A DNA stretch of 62,215 nt from Gammaproteobacteria bacterium (GCA_031424095.1 JANPGU010000181.1:1-62215); one strand, 5' to 3'; positions 38,199 through 47,991 are shown, counted from the stretch's first letter. Notes: generated from the letters alone by a model not told the origin. Made by a program: numbers and translations.

Positions 38199-38963
38199 CT
38201 AGAGAAAGTTATTCGGCCAGATCATCGTGCGCCACATGTGCGCAACGGGTGAATTGTCAAACCCAAGCCCTTCCTCCGGCTCCCGGAAATGCCGCCCGAT
38301 GATGTCGGTGAAGATCTCCGGGTCGACTTCGTTGCCATCCTGGAAACTGTAAATGTCGTAGATGGTTATGAGTCTCGAGGTCATGTACCAGCGATGGTTG
38401 CGGGCATCCTGGTGGGCCTGCTGGATGTATTCCGGCGGCGCATAGTCCGCGCCGAAGAACTGGTTGTAGGCATCGGGATACTTGAATCCCACTGACGCGT
38501 CGGCAAAGTAGCGCAGCGCCTGATGGTATTGCACCGCCCAGGCTACTTCCTCACTGACATAGGGCGTGATCATCTGCGCGCCCCAGTAACCATGATCGGT
38601 GCGGATCAATGCGCCGTTCGAGATGTCGTGCAGCAGGCAGGCGATGACCACAGTCTCGCATTGCCCGGCATCCAGAGCGCACTTGGCGCTCTGCAGCAGG
38701 TGACGGAACGCGATGTCCGAAAAGCGATAGTGAAAGAAATCCAGCAGTCGCGGCCGCTCGGGCATCAGGGGCAGGCTCGCGTTCTGGCCCATCATGAATA
38801 CCGCGCCCGTGGTGCTCATTTTCTTCAGCAGGGCAGCCTCGGGCTCGTGCACGCCATCGGCGTGAAAGTTGCCCAATGGCTGCTGCATTGCCATCCGCTC
38901 GTGGCCAGCCTGTGGGCATTCGTCGGGCGAAATGAAGTGCGGTTTCTTTCTGTAGGGAATCAT
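38199..38963 (-). CDS. HD-domain metal-dependent phosphohydrolase-like protein
   Basis: H...HD signature (FRHLLQS...CLLHDISNG). I trimmed the 605-aa track ORF to ATG 38963, which forms an ATGA overlap with the upstream transporter stop. Confidence 0.65.
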   Translation of the reverse strand: MIPYRKKPHFISPDECPQAGHERMAMQQPLGNFHADGVHEPEAALLKKMSTTGAVFMMGQNASLPLMPERPRLLDFFHYRFSDIAFRHLLQSAKCALDAGQCETVVIACLLHDISNGALIRTDHGYWGAQMITPYVSEEVAWAVQYHQALRYFADASVGFKYPDAYNQFFGADYAPPEYIQQAHQDARNHRWYMTSRLITIYDIYSFQDGNEVDPEIFTDIIGRHFREPEEGLGFDNSPVAHMWRTMIWPNNFL

Positions 38964-39919
38964 GGTGTGCGTTTGGCCTGGCGTGGGGCAATGGTGGCGC
39001 TGAACATCAATTGCAGCTGGTGATAGATCATGATCGGCAGGATGATCGCGCCGATTTCCGCAGAAGGAAACAGCACGCGCGCCATGGGCACGCCGCTGAC
39101 CAGGCTCTTGAAGGATCCGCAGTACTGCGCAGTGCGGCCGTCGGCCACGGAGAATCCTGCGAGCCGTGTGCTGTGCAGCGTGAACAGCATGGCAATCGTC
39201 AGGATTGTTGCGCAGACGGCGACCAGAGTCAGCAGGGTCGTGAACGGCACCTGCGCCCAGATGCCGGCGATGACGGCGGCGGAAAACGCGCTGTATACCG
39301 ACAGCAGAATGGTGAGCCGGTCCGACCATGAGATCAGTTTCTTCTGTCGCGCGGCCCACCCGGCGAGGAAGGGTCGCAGCAGATGCCCGACCACAAATGG
39401 CAGCAGCAGCTGCAGCACCACTTTCCAGATGCCGGACAGCGGCACGGCGCCGCCACCTTGCGCATGCAGCAGTGCGCCGGCAATCACGGGCGTGAGCATG
39501 ATCCCGAGCAGGTTCGAGGCAGCCGCCGAAGTGACGCTGGCTGCGACATTGCCCTTGGCCAGCGACGTGAATGCGATGGACATCTGCACCGTGGACGGCA
39601 GGGCACAGAGAAACAGCACGCCCGCCCAGAGATTCGCGGGCAGCAGCGACGGCCACAACTTCGAAATGCCCATGCCAAGCAGCGGGAACAACAAATAGGT
39701 CGTGCACAGGATCAGCAGGTGCAGCCGCCAGTGAACGAGCGCGGCAACCAGATTCTCGCGCGGCAGCTTCAGGCCATGCAGGAAGAACAACAGCATGACG
39801 GCCGCCGTGGCGACGGTGCTGAGATATCCCGCTGCATCTCCCGCAACGGGAAACAGGCTGGCCAGCACCACGGTGGCCAGCAGTGCCGGAATGAAGGGAT
39901 CCGGTATGAAGCGATTCAT
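38960..39919 (-). CDS. Bile acid:sodium symporter (BASS/YfeH) family transporter
   Basis: [24 protein letters not shown]...[13 protein letters not shown] with about 10 TM helices is typical of YfeH-type BASS proteins. Confidence 0.8.
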   Translation of the reverse strand: MNRFIPDPFIPALLATVVLASLFPVAGDAAGYLSTVATAAVMLLFFLHGLKLPRENLVAALVHWRLHLLILCTTYLLFPLLGMGISKLWPSLLPANLWAGVLFLCALPSTVQMSIAFTSLAKGNVAASVTSAAASNLLGIMLTPVIAGALLHAQGGGAVPLSGIWKVVLQLLLPFVVGHLLRPFLAGWAARQKKLISWSDRLTILLSVYSAFSAAVIAGIWAQVPFTTLLTLVAVCATILTIAMLFTLHSTRLAGFSVADGRTAQYCGSFKSLVSGVPMARVLFPSAEIGAIILPIMIYHQLQLMFSATIAPRQAKRTP

Positions 39920-40653
39920 TTGCCGGGGCGCGCGCGCGCCTTGCGGGAGCGCATGTTGAGCAGCTCCACCAGCACCGAGAATCCCATGGCGGTGTAGATG
40001 TAGCCTTTGGGAACATGCACGCCGAAGGCCTCGGCCACCAGTGTGGTGCCGATCATCAGCAGGAAGCCCAGCGCCAGCATGACGATCGTCGGATTGTTGT
40101 TGATGAAGTTGGCCAACGGCGTGGCGGCAAACAGCATGATGCCGACGGTAACGACCACGGCAATGACCATGATGGGGATGTGATCGGTCATGCCGACGGC
40201 CGTAATGATGCTGTCGACCGAGAACACAATGTCGAGCACGATGATCTGGCCGATGGCGGCGGCAAAGCCAAGGCTGGCCTTCGGCTCGAACACATCGGGC
40301 GTCTCACTGGTATCGGTGTTGTGGTGGATTTCCTTGGTGGCCTTCCAGATCAGGAACAGGCCGCCGGCCAGCAGGATGAGGTCGCGCCAGGAGAAGGCAT
40401 TGCCCCACACTTCGAATACCGGCGCGGTCATTTTGACAATCAGCGCCACCATGCCCAGCAGGGCCAGCCGCATGATCAGGGCCAGCGAAATGCCCACCCG
40501 GCGGGCTTTGGTGCGGTGCTCCTCGGGCAGCTTGTTGGTCAGGATGGAGATGAAGATCAGGTTGTCGATCCCCAGAACCACTTCCATGGCAATCAAAGTA
40601 GCCAGCGCCAGCCACGCGGCGGGGTCGGCGGCGAGGGTGGTCAAACTGTTCAT
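39916..40653 (-). CDS. TerC-family integral membrane protein
   Basis: [23 protein letters not shown] and the second repeat [19 protein letters not shown] are the duplicated TerC motif. ATGA overlap with the BASS gene. Confidence 0.85.
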   Translation of the reverse strand: MNSLTTLAADPAAWLALATLIAMEVVLGIDNLIFISILTNKLPEEHRTKARRVGISLALIMRLALLGMVALIVKMTAPVFEVWGNAFSWRDLILLAGGLFLIWKATKEIHHNTDTSETPDVFEPKASLGFAAAIGQIIVLDIVFSVDSIITAVGMTDHIPIMVIAVVVTVGIMLFAATPLANFINNNPTIVMLALGFLLMIGTTLVAEAFGVHVPKGYIYTAMGFSVLVELLNMRSRKARARPGK

Positions 40654-40745
40654 TTATTAGAGAGGCCTTTCACGTTTTTCCCGATTATCGCATGTGCTAC
40701 CTTTCCGGGTATTGGGCCGATATGAACAGAAGGGAGTCTCTACCA

Positions 40746-41672
40746 ATGTCTGATCGAATCAAGCAAGGCCTCGTCGCCTCTGCCGTACTGGTTGCCCTGG
40801 GGTTGAGTGCTGCTGCCGGTGCCAAGGACAAGCCGCCGCCAGAGATTCCCAAGTGCGAAAAGCGCTTTGGCACGCTGGCCGTGAAAGAGCCCGAAGTGCA
40901 GTGGTGGCGCGAGCTGGGTCTCGAATCTCCCGAGGCGCTGATCAAGGTGTTCGTGGCCGAATCGAAGTGCTTCACGCTGGTGGACCGCGGCAAGGGTCTG
41001 GAAGCGGCACAGGCCGAACGCGCCCTGGCCGGCGGTGGTGAGCTGCGCGGCGGCGCGAATGTCGGCAAGGGCCAGATGAAGGCGGCCGACTACGTGCTGA
41101 TCCCCGACATCGTCAACAAGAATTCAAATTCCGGTGGCAAGAACATCGGTGGCATCCTGGGTGGCATGGTGGGCGGCGTCGTAGGCGCAGTGGCCGGCGG
41201 CATCAGCCTCAAGAGCAAGACGGCGAGCGTGGTGCTGACGCTGACCGACGTGCGTTCCACCGAGCAGGTCTCGCTGGCGCAGGGCACGGCAAAGAAGACC
41301 GACCTGGGCTGGGGTGCCGGCGGCGGCGCGTTCTTCGGTGGTTTCGCGGCCGGTGGCGCCAGCAGTTATGCCAACACCGAGATCGGCCAGGTGGTGACGG
41401 CGGCTTACCTTGACGCCTACGTCAAAATGGTGGCGGACGTGAAGGCCTCCGCGCCTGATTCCAAGGCCAACAATGTCTCGCAGTCGGTGACGATGGCGAA
41501 GCCCGGCAAGATGTACGAGACGCCCAACGTCAAGGGCAAGCTGGTGCGCGACCTCGAGCCGGGGATGACGCTGTATCCCACCGGCGAGAAGGATGGCATC
41601 TGGTGGAAGGCCTCCGATGAGCTGGGCAACGAGGGCTGGGTGCCCTCGACGCTGTTCGGGCTGGCGAAGTAA
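40746..41672 (+). CDS. CsgG/HfaB-like periplasmic lipoprotein-type protein with a C-terminal SH3b domain
   Basis: Signal peptide then K-C. TLAVKEPE...FVAESKCFTLVDRGKGLEAAQAERAL...KAADYVLIPDIV follows the CsgG-family pattern. The C-terminal MYETPNVKGKLVRDLEPGMTLYPTGEKDGIWWKASDELGNEGWVPSTLF looks like SH3b. RBS AAGGGAG. Confidence 0.5.
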   Translation: MSDRIKQGLVASAVLVALGLSAAAGAKDKPPPEIPKCEKRFGTLAVKEPEVQWWRELGLESPEALIKVFVAESKCFTLVDRGKGLEAAQAERALAGGGELRGGANVGKGQMKAADYVLIPDIVNKNSNSGGKNIGGILGGMVGGVVGAVAGGISLKSKTASVVLTLTDVRSTEQVSLAQGTAKKTDLGWGAGGGAFFGGFAAGGASSYANTEIGQVVTAAYLDAYVKMVADVKASAPDSKANNVSQSVTMAKPGKMYETPNVKGKLVRDLEPGMTLYPTGEKDGIWWKASDELGNEGWVPSTLFGLAK

Positions 41673-41691
41673 GCCGTCCGACTGCCTGATA

Positions 41692-41729
41692 GGCCTCGCG
41701 CGGTCGTACTGCGCGGGGCCTTTTCTTTT
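41692..41729 (+). terminator. Rho-independent terminator
   Basis: GGCCTCGCGC-ggtcgtact-GCGCGGGGCC is a 10-bp stem with one G-U pair. It is followed by TTTTCTTTT, directly after the CsgG-like gene. Confidence 0.65.
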
Positions 41730-41740
41730 AGAATGGCGGG

Positions 41741-42658
41741 ATGCAAGCGCTAGCGGTTCAGGGTCTCATCAAGACCTACAAGAATGGTGTTCAGGCCCTC
41801 AAGGGCATCGATCTGGAGGTGCAGGAGGGAGACTTCTTCGCAATGCTGGGTCCCAACGGCGCCGGCAAGACCACGCTGATCGGCATCGTCACTTCACTGG
41901 TGAACAAGTCTGCCGGCAAGGTCAGCGTCTTCGGCCATGACATCGACACCGAGCTCGATCGCGCCAAGTCCTGCATCGGCATCGTGCCGCAGGAAATCAA
42001 TTTCAACATGTTCGAGTCGCCGGAGACCATCGTGGTCAACCAGGCGGGTTTCTATGGGGTGGAGCGCGGGCTGGCGCGCGAGCGTGCGGAGAAGTACCTC
42101 CGGCAGCTGCAGCTGTGGGAGAAGCGCAAGAGCATGGCGCGCTCCCTGTCCGGCGGCATGAAGCGGCGGCTGATGATTGCACGCGCACTGATGCACGAGC
42201 CCCGGCTGCTGATCCTGGATGAACCCACCGCTGGCGTGGATATCGAGATCCGCCGCTCGATGTGGGATTTCCTGCGCCAGATCAACGAGCAGGGCACCAC
42301 CATCATCCTGACCACGCACTATCTGGAAGAGGCAGAAAGCCTCTGCCGCAATATTGCGATCATCGATGGCGGCCGCATCATCGAGCGCGACAGCATGAGC
42401 AACCTGCTGCGCAAGTTGCAGACCGAGAGCTTCCTGCTGGCGCTGCGCAATCCGCTGGCTGCCGCGCCGCGGCTGGAAGACACGGCCGTGAAGCTGGTCG
42501 ACGCTCACACGCTGGAAATCGAGATCTCGAAAGAGCAGAGCCTGAATGAAATCTTTGCCCGCCTGAGCGCGCAGGGTGTGGATGTGATTTCGATGCGCAA
42601 CAAGGTCAACCGCCTGGAAGAGATGTTCATGCGTCTGGTGGAGAATCGCGCACCATGA
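41741..42658 (+). CDS. ABC transporter ATP-binding protein (ABC-2 exporter, YadG-like)
   Basis: Walker A GPNGAGKTT, signature LSGGMKRRL and Walker B LLILDEPTAGVD. Confidence 0.9.
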   Translation: MQALAVQGLIKTYKNGVQALKGIDLEVQEGDFFAMLGPNGAGKTTLIGIVTSLVNKSAGKVSVFGHDIDTELDRAKSCIGIVPQEINFNMFESPETIVVNQAGFYGVERGLARERAEKYLRQLQLWEKRKSMARSLSGGMKRRLMIARALMHEPRLLILDEPTAGVDIEIRRSMWDFLRQINEQGTTIILTTHYLEEAESLCRNIAIIDGGRIIERDSMSNLLRKLQTESFLLALRNPLAAAPRLEDTAVKLVDAHTLEIEISKEQSLNEIFARLSAQGVDVISMRNKVNRLEEMFMRLVENRAP

Positions 42659-43461
42659 GCACCCAGGCATTGCCATTGTCGACGATCCGCGCGGTGGGAT
42701 TCCGCACCATCGTGATCCGCGAATACGGACGTATCATCCGCATCTGGGGCCAGACGCTGGTGCCCTCCGCAGTCACCACCACGCTGTATTTCGTGATCTT
42801 CGGCAGCCTGGTGGGCAAGCGCATCGGTGCGATGGGCGGCTTCGACTACATCGCCTATATCGCCCCTGGCCTGATCATGATGTCAGTGATCACCAATTCC
42901 TACGGCAATGTGGTGTCTTCGTTCTTCGGGGCCAAGTTCGGCAAGCACATCGAAGAGCTGCTGGTCTCGCCGCTGCCCAACTGGGTGATCGTGGCGGGCT
43001 ATGTCTGCGGTGGCCTGATGCGCGGCATCTTGGTGGGAATGGTGGTCACGCTGGTGGCGCTGATATTCATCTGGCTGCATTCGCATCACCTGGAGGTGCA
43101 GCACATCGGCATCGTGCTTTCCGCGGTACTGCTGACCTCCGCGGTGTTCTCGCTGGCGGGACTGATCAACGCCATCTTCGCCAAGAACTTCGATCAGGTG
43201 AACTGGATTCCGGCCTTCGTGCTCACGCCGCTGACCTATTTCGGTGGCGTGTTCTATTCGGTGGATCTGCTGCCGGCGTGGGCGCAGAAGATCTCGATGG
43301 TGAATCCGATCCTGCACATGGTGAATGCCTTCCGCTACGGCTTTCTGGGCACCTCCGACGTGAGCGTGCCGGGCGCGTTTGCGATCATGATCGTGTGCGT
43401 GGTGGCGATGTTCACCGCCGCGGTAGTGCTGCTGAACCGTGGATCTGGCACCCGTGACTGA
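42655..43461 (+). CDS. ABC-2 type transporter permease (YadH-like)
   Basis: Six TM helices, N-terminal REYGRIIRIWGQTLVPS, and an ATGA overlap with the ATPase gene. Confidence 0.85.
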   Translation: MSTQALPLSTIRAVGFRTIVIREYGRIIRIWGQTLVPSAVTTTLYFVIFGSLVGKRIGAMGGFDYIAYIAPGLIMMSVITNSYGNVVSSFFGAKFGKHIEELLVSPLPNWVIVAGYVCGGLMRGILVGMVVTLVALIFIWLHSHHLEVQHIGIVLSAVLLTSAVFSLAGLINAIFAKNFDQVNWIPAFVLTPLTYFGGVFYSVDLLPAWAQKISMVNPILHMVNAFRYGFLGTSDVSVPGAFAIMIVCVVAMFTAAVVLLNRGSGTRD

Positions 43462-44278
43462 AGCAGCAGGTTTTGTCGCGAAGCTTTACGCAGCTGCCGC
43501 GCGCAACAACTCACTGGTGTGCGTGGGTCTGGACCCGGAGCTCGAAAAACTGCCCGCGCACCTGCGTGCGCTGCCGCAGCCGATCTTCGAGTTCAATCGC
43601 CAGATCGTCGACGCCACGGCAGAGCATGCCTGTTGCTTCAAACCGCAGTTTGCGCACTACGCAGCGCTTGGCGCGGAAGACCAGTTGCTGGCGACCATCC
43701 GCTACATCCATGAACATCATCCCGGACTGCCGGTGATTCTGGATTCCAAGCGCGGCGACATCGGCAGCACGGCCGCGAAGTATGCGCAGGAATCCTTCGA
43801 GCGCTATGGCGCGGATGCGGTGACGGTGAATCCCTATCTGGGCTTTGACTCGGTCGAGCCGTATCTGAAGTGGCAGGATCGCGGCGTGATCATCCTGTGC
43901 CGCACGTCAAATCCGGGTGCGCGGGACTTTCAGGATCTGGAATCCGGTGGCAAGCGACTGTATCGCCATGTGGCGGAGCGCGTGGCGCGGAACTGGAATT
44001 CCACCGGCAACTGCATGCTGGTGATCGGCGCGACCTATCCGCAGGAACTGGCGGAGATTCGCGCGGCAGTGGGCGAGTTGCCGTTCCTGGTGCCGGGCGT
44101 GGGTGCGCAGGGTGGCGACGTTGCCGCCGCGGTGCGCGCAGGCCGAACGGCGGCTGGACTGGGAATGGTGCTGAACTCTTCGCGCGGCATCATCTATGCC
44201 GCGAGCGGCCCGGATTTCGCCGCCGCCGCCGCCACCGCCGCCTGCGCCTTGCGCGACGAGATCAACCTCTACCGTTGA
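43439..44278 (+). CDS. pyrF: Orotidine-5'-phosphate decarboxylase (long, type 2 PyrF)
   Basis: LVCVGLDPE, CFKPQFAHY, ILDSKRGDIGSTA and PGVGAQGG motifs. The start is GTG 43439 or GTG 43454. Confidence 0.85.
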   Translation: MDLAPVTEAAGFVAKLYAAAARNNSLVCVGLDPELEKLPAHLRALPQPIFEFNRQIVDATAEHACCFKPQFAHYAALGAEDQLLATIRYIHEHHPGLPVILDSKRGDIGSTAAKYAQESFERYGADAVTVNPYLGFDSVEPYLKWQDRGVIILCRTSNPGARDFQDLESGGKRLYRHVAERVARNWNSTGNCMLVIGATYPQELAEIRAAVGELPFLVPGVGAQGGDVAAAVRAGRTAAGLGMVLNSSRGIIYAASGPDFAAAAATAACALRDEINLYR

Positions 44279-44294
44279 TTCGCCGCGCTCAAGG

Positions 44295-44945
44295 CTACTT
44301 CTGAACCCAGGCGCCTGTGGCGTTCTGGTAATACCAGCTGGTGCGCGCACCGCGTTCCACCCAGCGACGCGCGAAGATCTTGCGGATGTCGCCAGCCCAC
44401 TCCGGATGGTTGTTCGCCTTCGCGATCTCGGTGTACAGCGTTTCGCGGTCCTTGTTGTCCTCGGACACGAGACGGGCAATCAGCGCCCGCTCGGGGAGCG
44501 ACACCACGCTGGCATCGCGCAGCTCGATGAGCCCGGTCAGGGTCATGCCCAGCGCGCCTGCATCGAAGAACTTCTGCAGCTGGCCGAAGCGCGCCGTCAT
44601 CGACGCCGTGATGGCGCGGATCTCGGGGGAGGAGATGTCGAGATTGGCCGCTTCCTGAGCCTGCGCAGCAGGGACCACGGCATACAACACCTTGCCGAGC
44701 GCGACCACGAGCAGCTTGGTCTCAGACCGCTGTATCCGCCCGATGGGCGGCGTAACGGGCGCGGCATTCGGGCGCGCCGCGCCATTGCCGGCGGCGCCCG
44801 TGACCGCGTCGATGATCTGGTCCGCGGCCTTCTCTGCCGCGGCAGCGGGGAAGTACACATTGATGGTGACGCAAGCCGCGATGGCGAGGCTGGCCAGCGC
44901 GATCTTGGTGAAGCGCGCGACGCCGCGTAGCGGGTGTTGAGGCAT
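44295..44945 (-). CDS. YdbL-like (DUF1318) periplasmic protein with a YnbE-like lipoprotein N-terminus
   Basis: I trimmed the start to ATG 44945 (RBS AGGAG). LASLAIAAC is a lipobox, followed by VTINVYFP (YnbE-like). The C-terminal SSPEIRAITASMTARFGQLQKFFDAGALG...EDNKDRETLYTEIAKAN...IFARRW is the DUF1318 pattern. Confidence 0.6.
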   Translation of the reverse strand: MPQHPLRGVARFTKIALASLAIAACVTINVYFPAAAAEKAADQIIDAVTGAAGNGAARPNAAPVTPPIGRIQRSETKLLVVALGKVLYAVVPAAQAQEAANLDISSPEIRAITASMTARFGQLQKFFDAGALGMTLTGLIELRDASVVSLPERALIARLVSEDNKDRETLYTEIAKANNHPEWAGDIRKIFARRWVERGARTSWYYQNATGAWVQK

Positions 44946-45007
44946 TTTCGTACTCCTGATCATGCGTGCATTGAAGCCGAAGGCGACTGAACTGTGCCTG
45001 AATCGGC

Positions 45008-47071
45008 CTACTTTAGCTGGATGCCTTCGGGGTTGCTCAAGGCCTCGCTGACCTGCGTCATCAGCCGCGGCCAGTCGACGCGCTGGTTGTTGCCGATAAT
45101 GTCGATGCGGGGCAGGCCACTGCCCTTGACGATGTAGAAACCGGTCTTGGCCGCGCCAACGCCACCCATCTGGCACACGTCATTGCGCAGCCGGCAGGAA
45201 AGACCGATACGGTCGTAGCCGAACTCGTCGAAGAACTTCAGCGCACCGGATTGCAGTGCAGCGCTGACACCGCCGCCGCCACCGCCGATATCAGACAGGT
45301 TTTGCACGGCGCGCTGGCTGATGCGGTGCCGCGATTTGTCCCCTTTCGGGGTGGCCATGACGAGGTCGAAGGCCACGGGAGTCCAGTTGAAGGTCTCGAG
45401 GCCGGTGAGGTCCACGTCGAGCCGGCCGGTGATGCTGCCGAATTCGAAAGTGCTGGTGATCGCTTCCAGGTCGAGATTGCGTCCAACGATGTCGCCATAT
45501 AGACGTGGCCACTGCCCGAGCGGCTCGCGCACGCGCAGGTTGCTGGCCACCACGCTGCCATCGAACACATTGGCTTCGACGTTGCCCTGCAGGCTGAGCA
45601 GCTTGTCCTTGTAGGTGAGGCCGGGAATGCGGCCCGATAGCTGGCCGGAAAATTCCGGCAGGCCGAAGGCCTTGGCAATTGGCGCGACACTGATGGGTTC
45701 GATCACGGCATCGAACACGCCGCTTATCGCCGCGCTGCCGATCTGCTCGACGGCAAGCGTGTTGACCAGCAGGGCGCCGTCGAAGAATGGCAGGCGCGCC
45801 GGCTTGATCAGCCGGAAGTCGCGATCCTGAGCGATGAAATCCAGTTTCGAGCGGGCACCAGTGATTCCCCAGCCCTGCGAGTTCTCCCACGCCAGCCACG
45901 AAGGACGTGGCGGCCCGGTGGCGCCGGCAGTCCAGTGCAGTTCGCTGTTGATGCCGTCGACCTGGAGTGTGCGGCTGGCGTCGCTGAGTGTCAGCTCGTG
46001 TACCAGCAGGTCCAGCTGCGTCGGGAGATTGTCGCTGACCTGCAGGCGTGCTGCAGCCGTTCCCGTGGTCGCGAGCTGATTGAAGGGCGTGGTGGCCAGC
46101 GACAGCTGCAGATAGGTTGAGTAGGCGGCCGGAAAGCGGATGTCGGTGGCATTGAGCGAAGCCTTGTTCACAGCCAACGGCGAAACGCCAATCTGCGCGT
46201 CGCCGGTGAGGTGCAGCAGATCGCGCTGCGTACCCTGCAGGTTCAATACCTGCACGGCCTTGTCGGCATAATTGCCGCTGAGCTTGAGGTCCAGCGGGTT
46301 CTTGTCGAAATCCAGAAGCACGGGGCCTGCCAGTGCCTGTCCCTTGTCTGCCCCGAGCTGCAACGCAAAGGTCAGCGGCACGCTGGAGAGGTCGGCTGTG
46401 ACATGGGCGTTCAGCGCGAGCTTCTCGCCGATCCACGTAAAGCTGGCGTTCTGGAATCCGCTGTCGGAGAGTGTCAGCTTCAAATCAGCGGTAAAACCTG
46501 CGGCATTCTGCTCAACCACGGCGTGCAGGTCTCCGCGGCCGCTGAGCGTGAGATCTTTCGGCAAGGGCAACCGTGCGCCCACCAATGAGCGCAGTTCGGC
46601 GATCTGCAGCCCGGGCAGATCAAGCCGTGCCGTCAAGCCATTCGCCGTGCTGGTGACGTCGAACTTCAGCGCCGCCCCGGCGATGCGCATGCCACCGCCG
46701 GATGCCGCGTAGGCGCCTGTATCCGAACGGAAACTGGCCTTGCCGTCGAGGCGCAGTTCCGGCCAGCGGGAACTCTGCGCCTGCAGCGTCAGTGCACTGC
46801 ACTCGAAGCGCGGCTCGCGGATCAGCGGATTGACACAGTGCATGCGTAGGGAGAGCGGGCCGGTCTGCGCCGCAATCGCGGCCGGCGGCTGCACGCTGGC
46901 GGCATGCACATCGAGCTCGCTGTTCGTGGCCGAATGGATCTGCAGGCTGGCGACGACATCTGCGGTGCGGATGCCGGCAACGACAACACTTGCTGCACGC
47001 ACCTGTATGCGGTCAATCGCCTGCGCCGGCAGCACGGGGACCAATGCCACCAGTGCGAGCGGCCATCTCAT
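45008..47071 (-). CDS. YdbH-like (AsmA-like/DctA-YdbH domain) intermembrane lipid-transport-type protein
   Basis: 687 aa from ATG 47071, with a signal-anchor, a long beta-rich repetitive body, and C-terminal GFYIVKGSGLPRIDIIGNNQRVDWPRL. Its position upstream of the ydbL-like gene mirrors E. coli ydbH-ynbE-ydbL. Confidence 0.6.
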   Translation of the reverse strand: MRWPLALVALVPVLPAQAIDRIQVRAASVVVAGIRTADVVASLQIHSATNSELDVHAASVQPPAAIAAQTGPLSLRMHCVNPLIREPRFECSALTLQAQSSRWPELRLDGKASFRSDTGAYAASGGGMRIAGAALKFDVTSTANGLTARLDLPGLQIAELRSLVGARLPLPKDLTLSGRGDLHAVVEQNAAGFTADLKLTLSDSGFQNASFTWIGEKLALNAHVTADLSSVPLTFALQLGADKGQALAGPVLLDFDKNPLDLKLSGNYADKAVQVLNLQGTQRDLLHLTGDAQIGVSPLAVNKASLNATDIRFPAAYSTYLQLSLATTPFNQLATTGTAAARLQVSDNLPTQLDLLVHELTLSDASRTLQVDGINSELHWTAGATGPPRPSWLAWENSQGWGITGARSKLDFIAQDRDFRLIKPARLPFFDGALLVNTLAVEQIGSAAISGVFDAVIEPISVAPIAKAFGLPEFSGQLSGRIPGLTYKDKLLSLQGNVEANVFDGSVVASNLRVREPLGQWPRLYGDIVGRNLDLEAITSTFEFGSITGRLDVDLTGLETFNWTPVAFDLVMATPKGDKSRHRISQRAVQNLSDIGGGGGGVSAALQSGALKFFDEFGYDRIGLSCRLRNDVCQMGGVGAAKTGFYIVKGSGLPRIDIIGNNQRVDWPRLMTQVSEALSNPEGIQLK

Positions 47072-47991
47072 GCGGAATTGATCTCGACAGTGACATGACT
47101 GAGGCTCGGGATGCCCGCCAGCCGCGTACGGATCTGATCCGGCGTGCCGGCATCGGGACCGCGCAGCGTCAGCATCAGTCCATGGTGCCCGGGACCGAGG
47201 CGCCACAGGTGCAGGTCCGTGATGGTGGTGTCGCCGAGCGTGGGGCCCAGACGCTCGCGCACCTGCTTTTCCAGCGCGCCGTCATCGTGGGAATCGAGCA
47301 GTGTGCGGCCCGCCGAACGCACCAGGCCCAGCGACCAGTGGGCGATCACCGCTGCACCGAGCAGCCCGGCCGCGGCGTCCATCCAGATCCATCCCATGAA
47401 CTTGCCGGCAATGAGTCCGAGGATGGCGAGAACCGAGGTCAGCGCATCGGCCAGCACATGCAGATAGGCGGCGCGCAGGTTCGTGTCCTGGTGCGCGGCA
47501 TGGTCGTGGTCGTGGTCATCATCGTGATCATGGTGATGGTCGTCGCGCAGCATCCAGGCGCTGAGCAGGTTGACCAGCAACCCCAACACCGCGATGCCGC
47601 CGGCCTGCAGGAAATCGATGGCCTGCGGCTGGAAGAGACGCCGCAACGATTCGGCGCCGATCAGCAGCGCGATGATGGCGAGCGTGATGGCGCTGGCGAA
47701 GCCGGCCAGATCGCCCACCTTGCCGGTGCCGAAGGCGAAGCGGGGATCGTGCGCATGGCGGCGGGCATAGCGGTAGGCGAGCGCGGCGACGCTGAGCGCG
47801 GCCGCGTGCGTGGCCATGTGCCAGCCGTCGGCCACCAGCGCCATCGAGCCGTAATAAGTGCCGCCGACAATCTCCGCTACCATCATGACGAAGGTCAACG
47901 CCACCACGGCCTGCGTGCGGCGGGCGTGGCGATCGTGGTGTTCGCCCAGCCAGGAGCGGGGGCAGTCGTGCGGTGCGGGCAACTGTGACAT
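47068..47991 (-). CDS. Cation diffusion facilitator metal efflux transporter (DmeF-like Co/Ni/Zn CDF)
   Basis: ALVADGWHMATHA and LHVLADALTSV are the CDF TM2/TM5 motifs. His/Asp-rich loop DDHHHDHDDDHDHDH. The stop forms an ATGA overlap with the ydbH-like start. The start is ambiguous (ATG 47991, 48000 or 48021). Confidence 0.8.
   Translation of the reverse strand: MSQLPAPHDCPRSWLGEHHDRHARRTQAVVALTFVMMVAEIVGGTYYGSMALVADGWHMATHAAALSVAALAYRYARRHAHDPRFAFGTGKVGDLAGFASAITLAIIALLIGAESLRRLFQPQAIDFLQAGGIAVLGLLVNLLSAWMLRDDHHHDHDDDHDHDHAAHQDTNLRAAYLHVLADALTSVLAILGLIAGKFMGWIWMDAAAGLLGAAVIAHWSLGLVRSAGRTLLDSHDDGALEKQVRERLGPTLGDTTITDLHLWRLGPGHHGLMLTLRGPDAGTPDQIRTRLAGIPSLSHVTVEINSA

Noticed and set aside
38199-40016. 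605-aa ORF. Similar over-long track ORFs occur at 47068..48750 (560 aa), 48267..49808 (513 aa), 53175..55034 (619 aa), 25873..26835 (320 aa) and 26480..27727 (415 aa).
   Set aside because: The N-terminal parts run in an alternative frame through the neighbouring upstream gene and are compositionally abnormal. Internal starts with RBS, ATGA coupling or signal peptides give proteins of the expected family length.
40654-40745. Possible yybP-ykoY (Mn) riboswitch upstream of the TerC-family gene.
   Set aside because: Only about 90 nt are available before the divergent gene. I could not find the conserved GGGGAGUAG / four-way-junction elements in the minus-strand leader.
47500-47545. Repetitive CAT/GTC-rich DNA that looks like a microsatellite.
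   Set aside because: It encodes the His/Asp-rich cytoplasmic loop (DDHHHDHDDDHDHDH) that is normal for CDF metal transporters.
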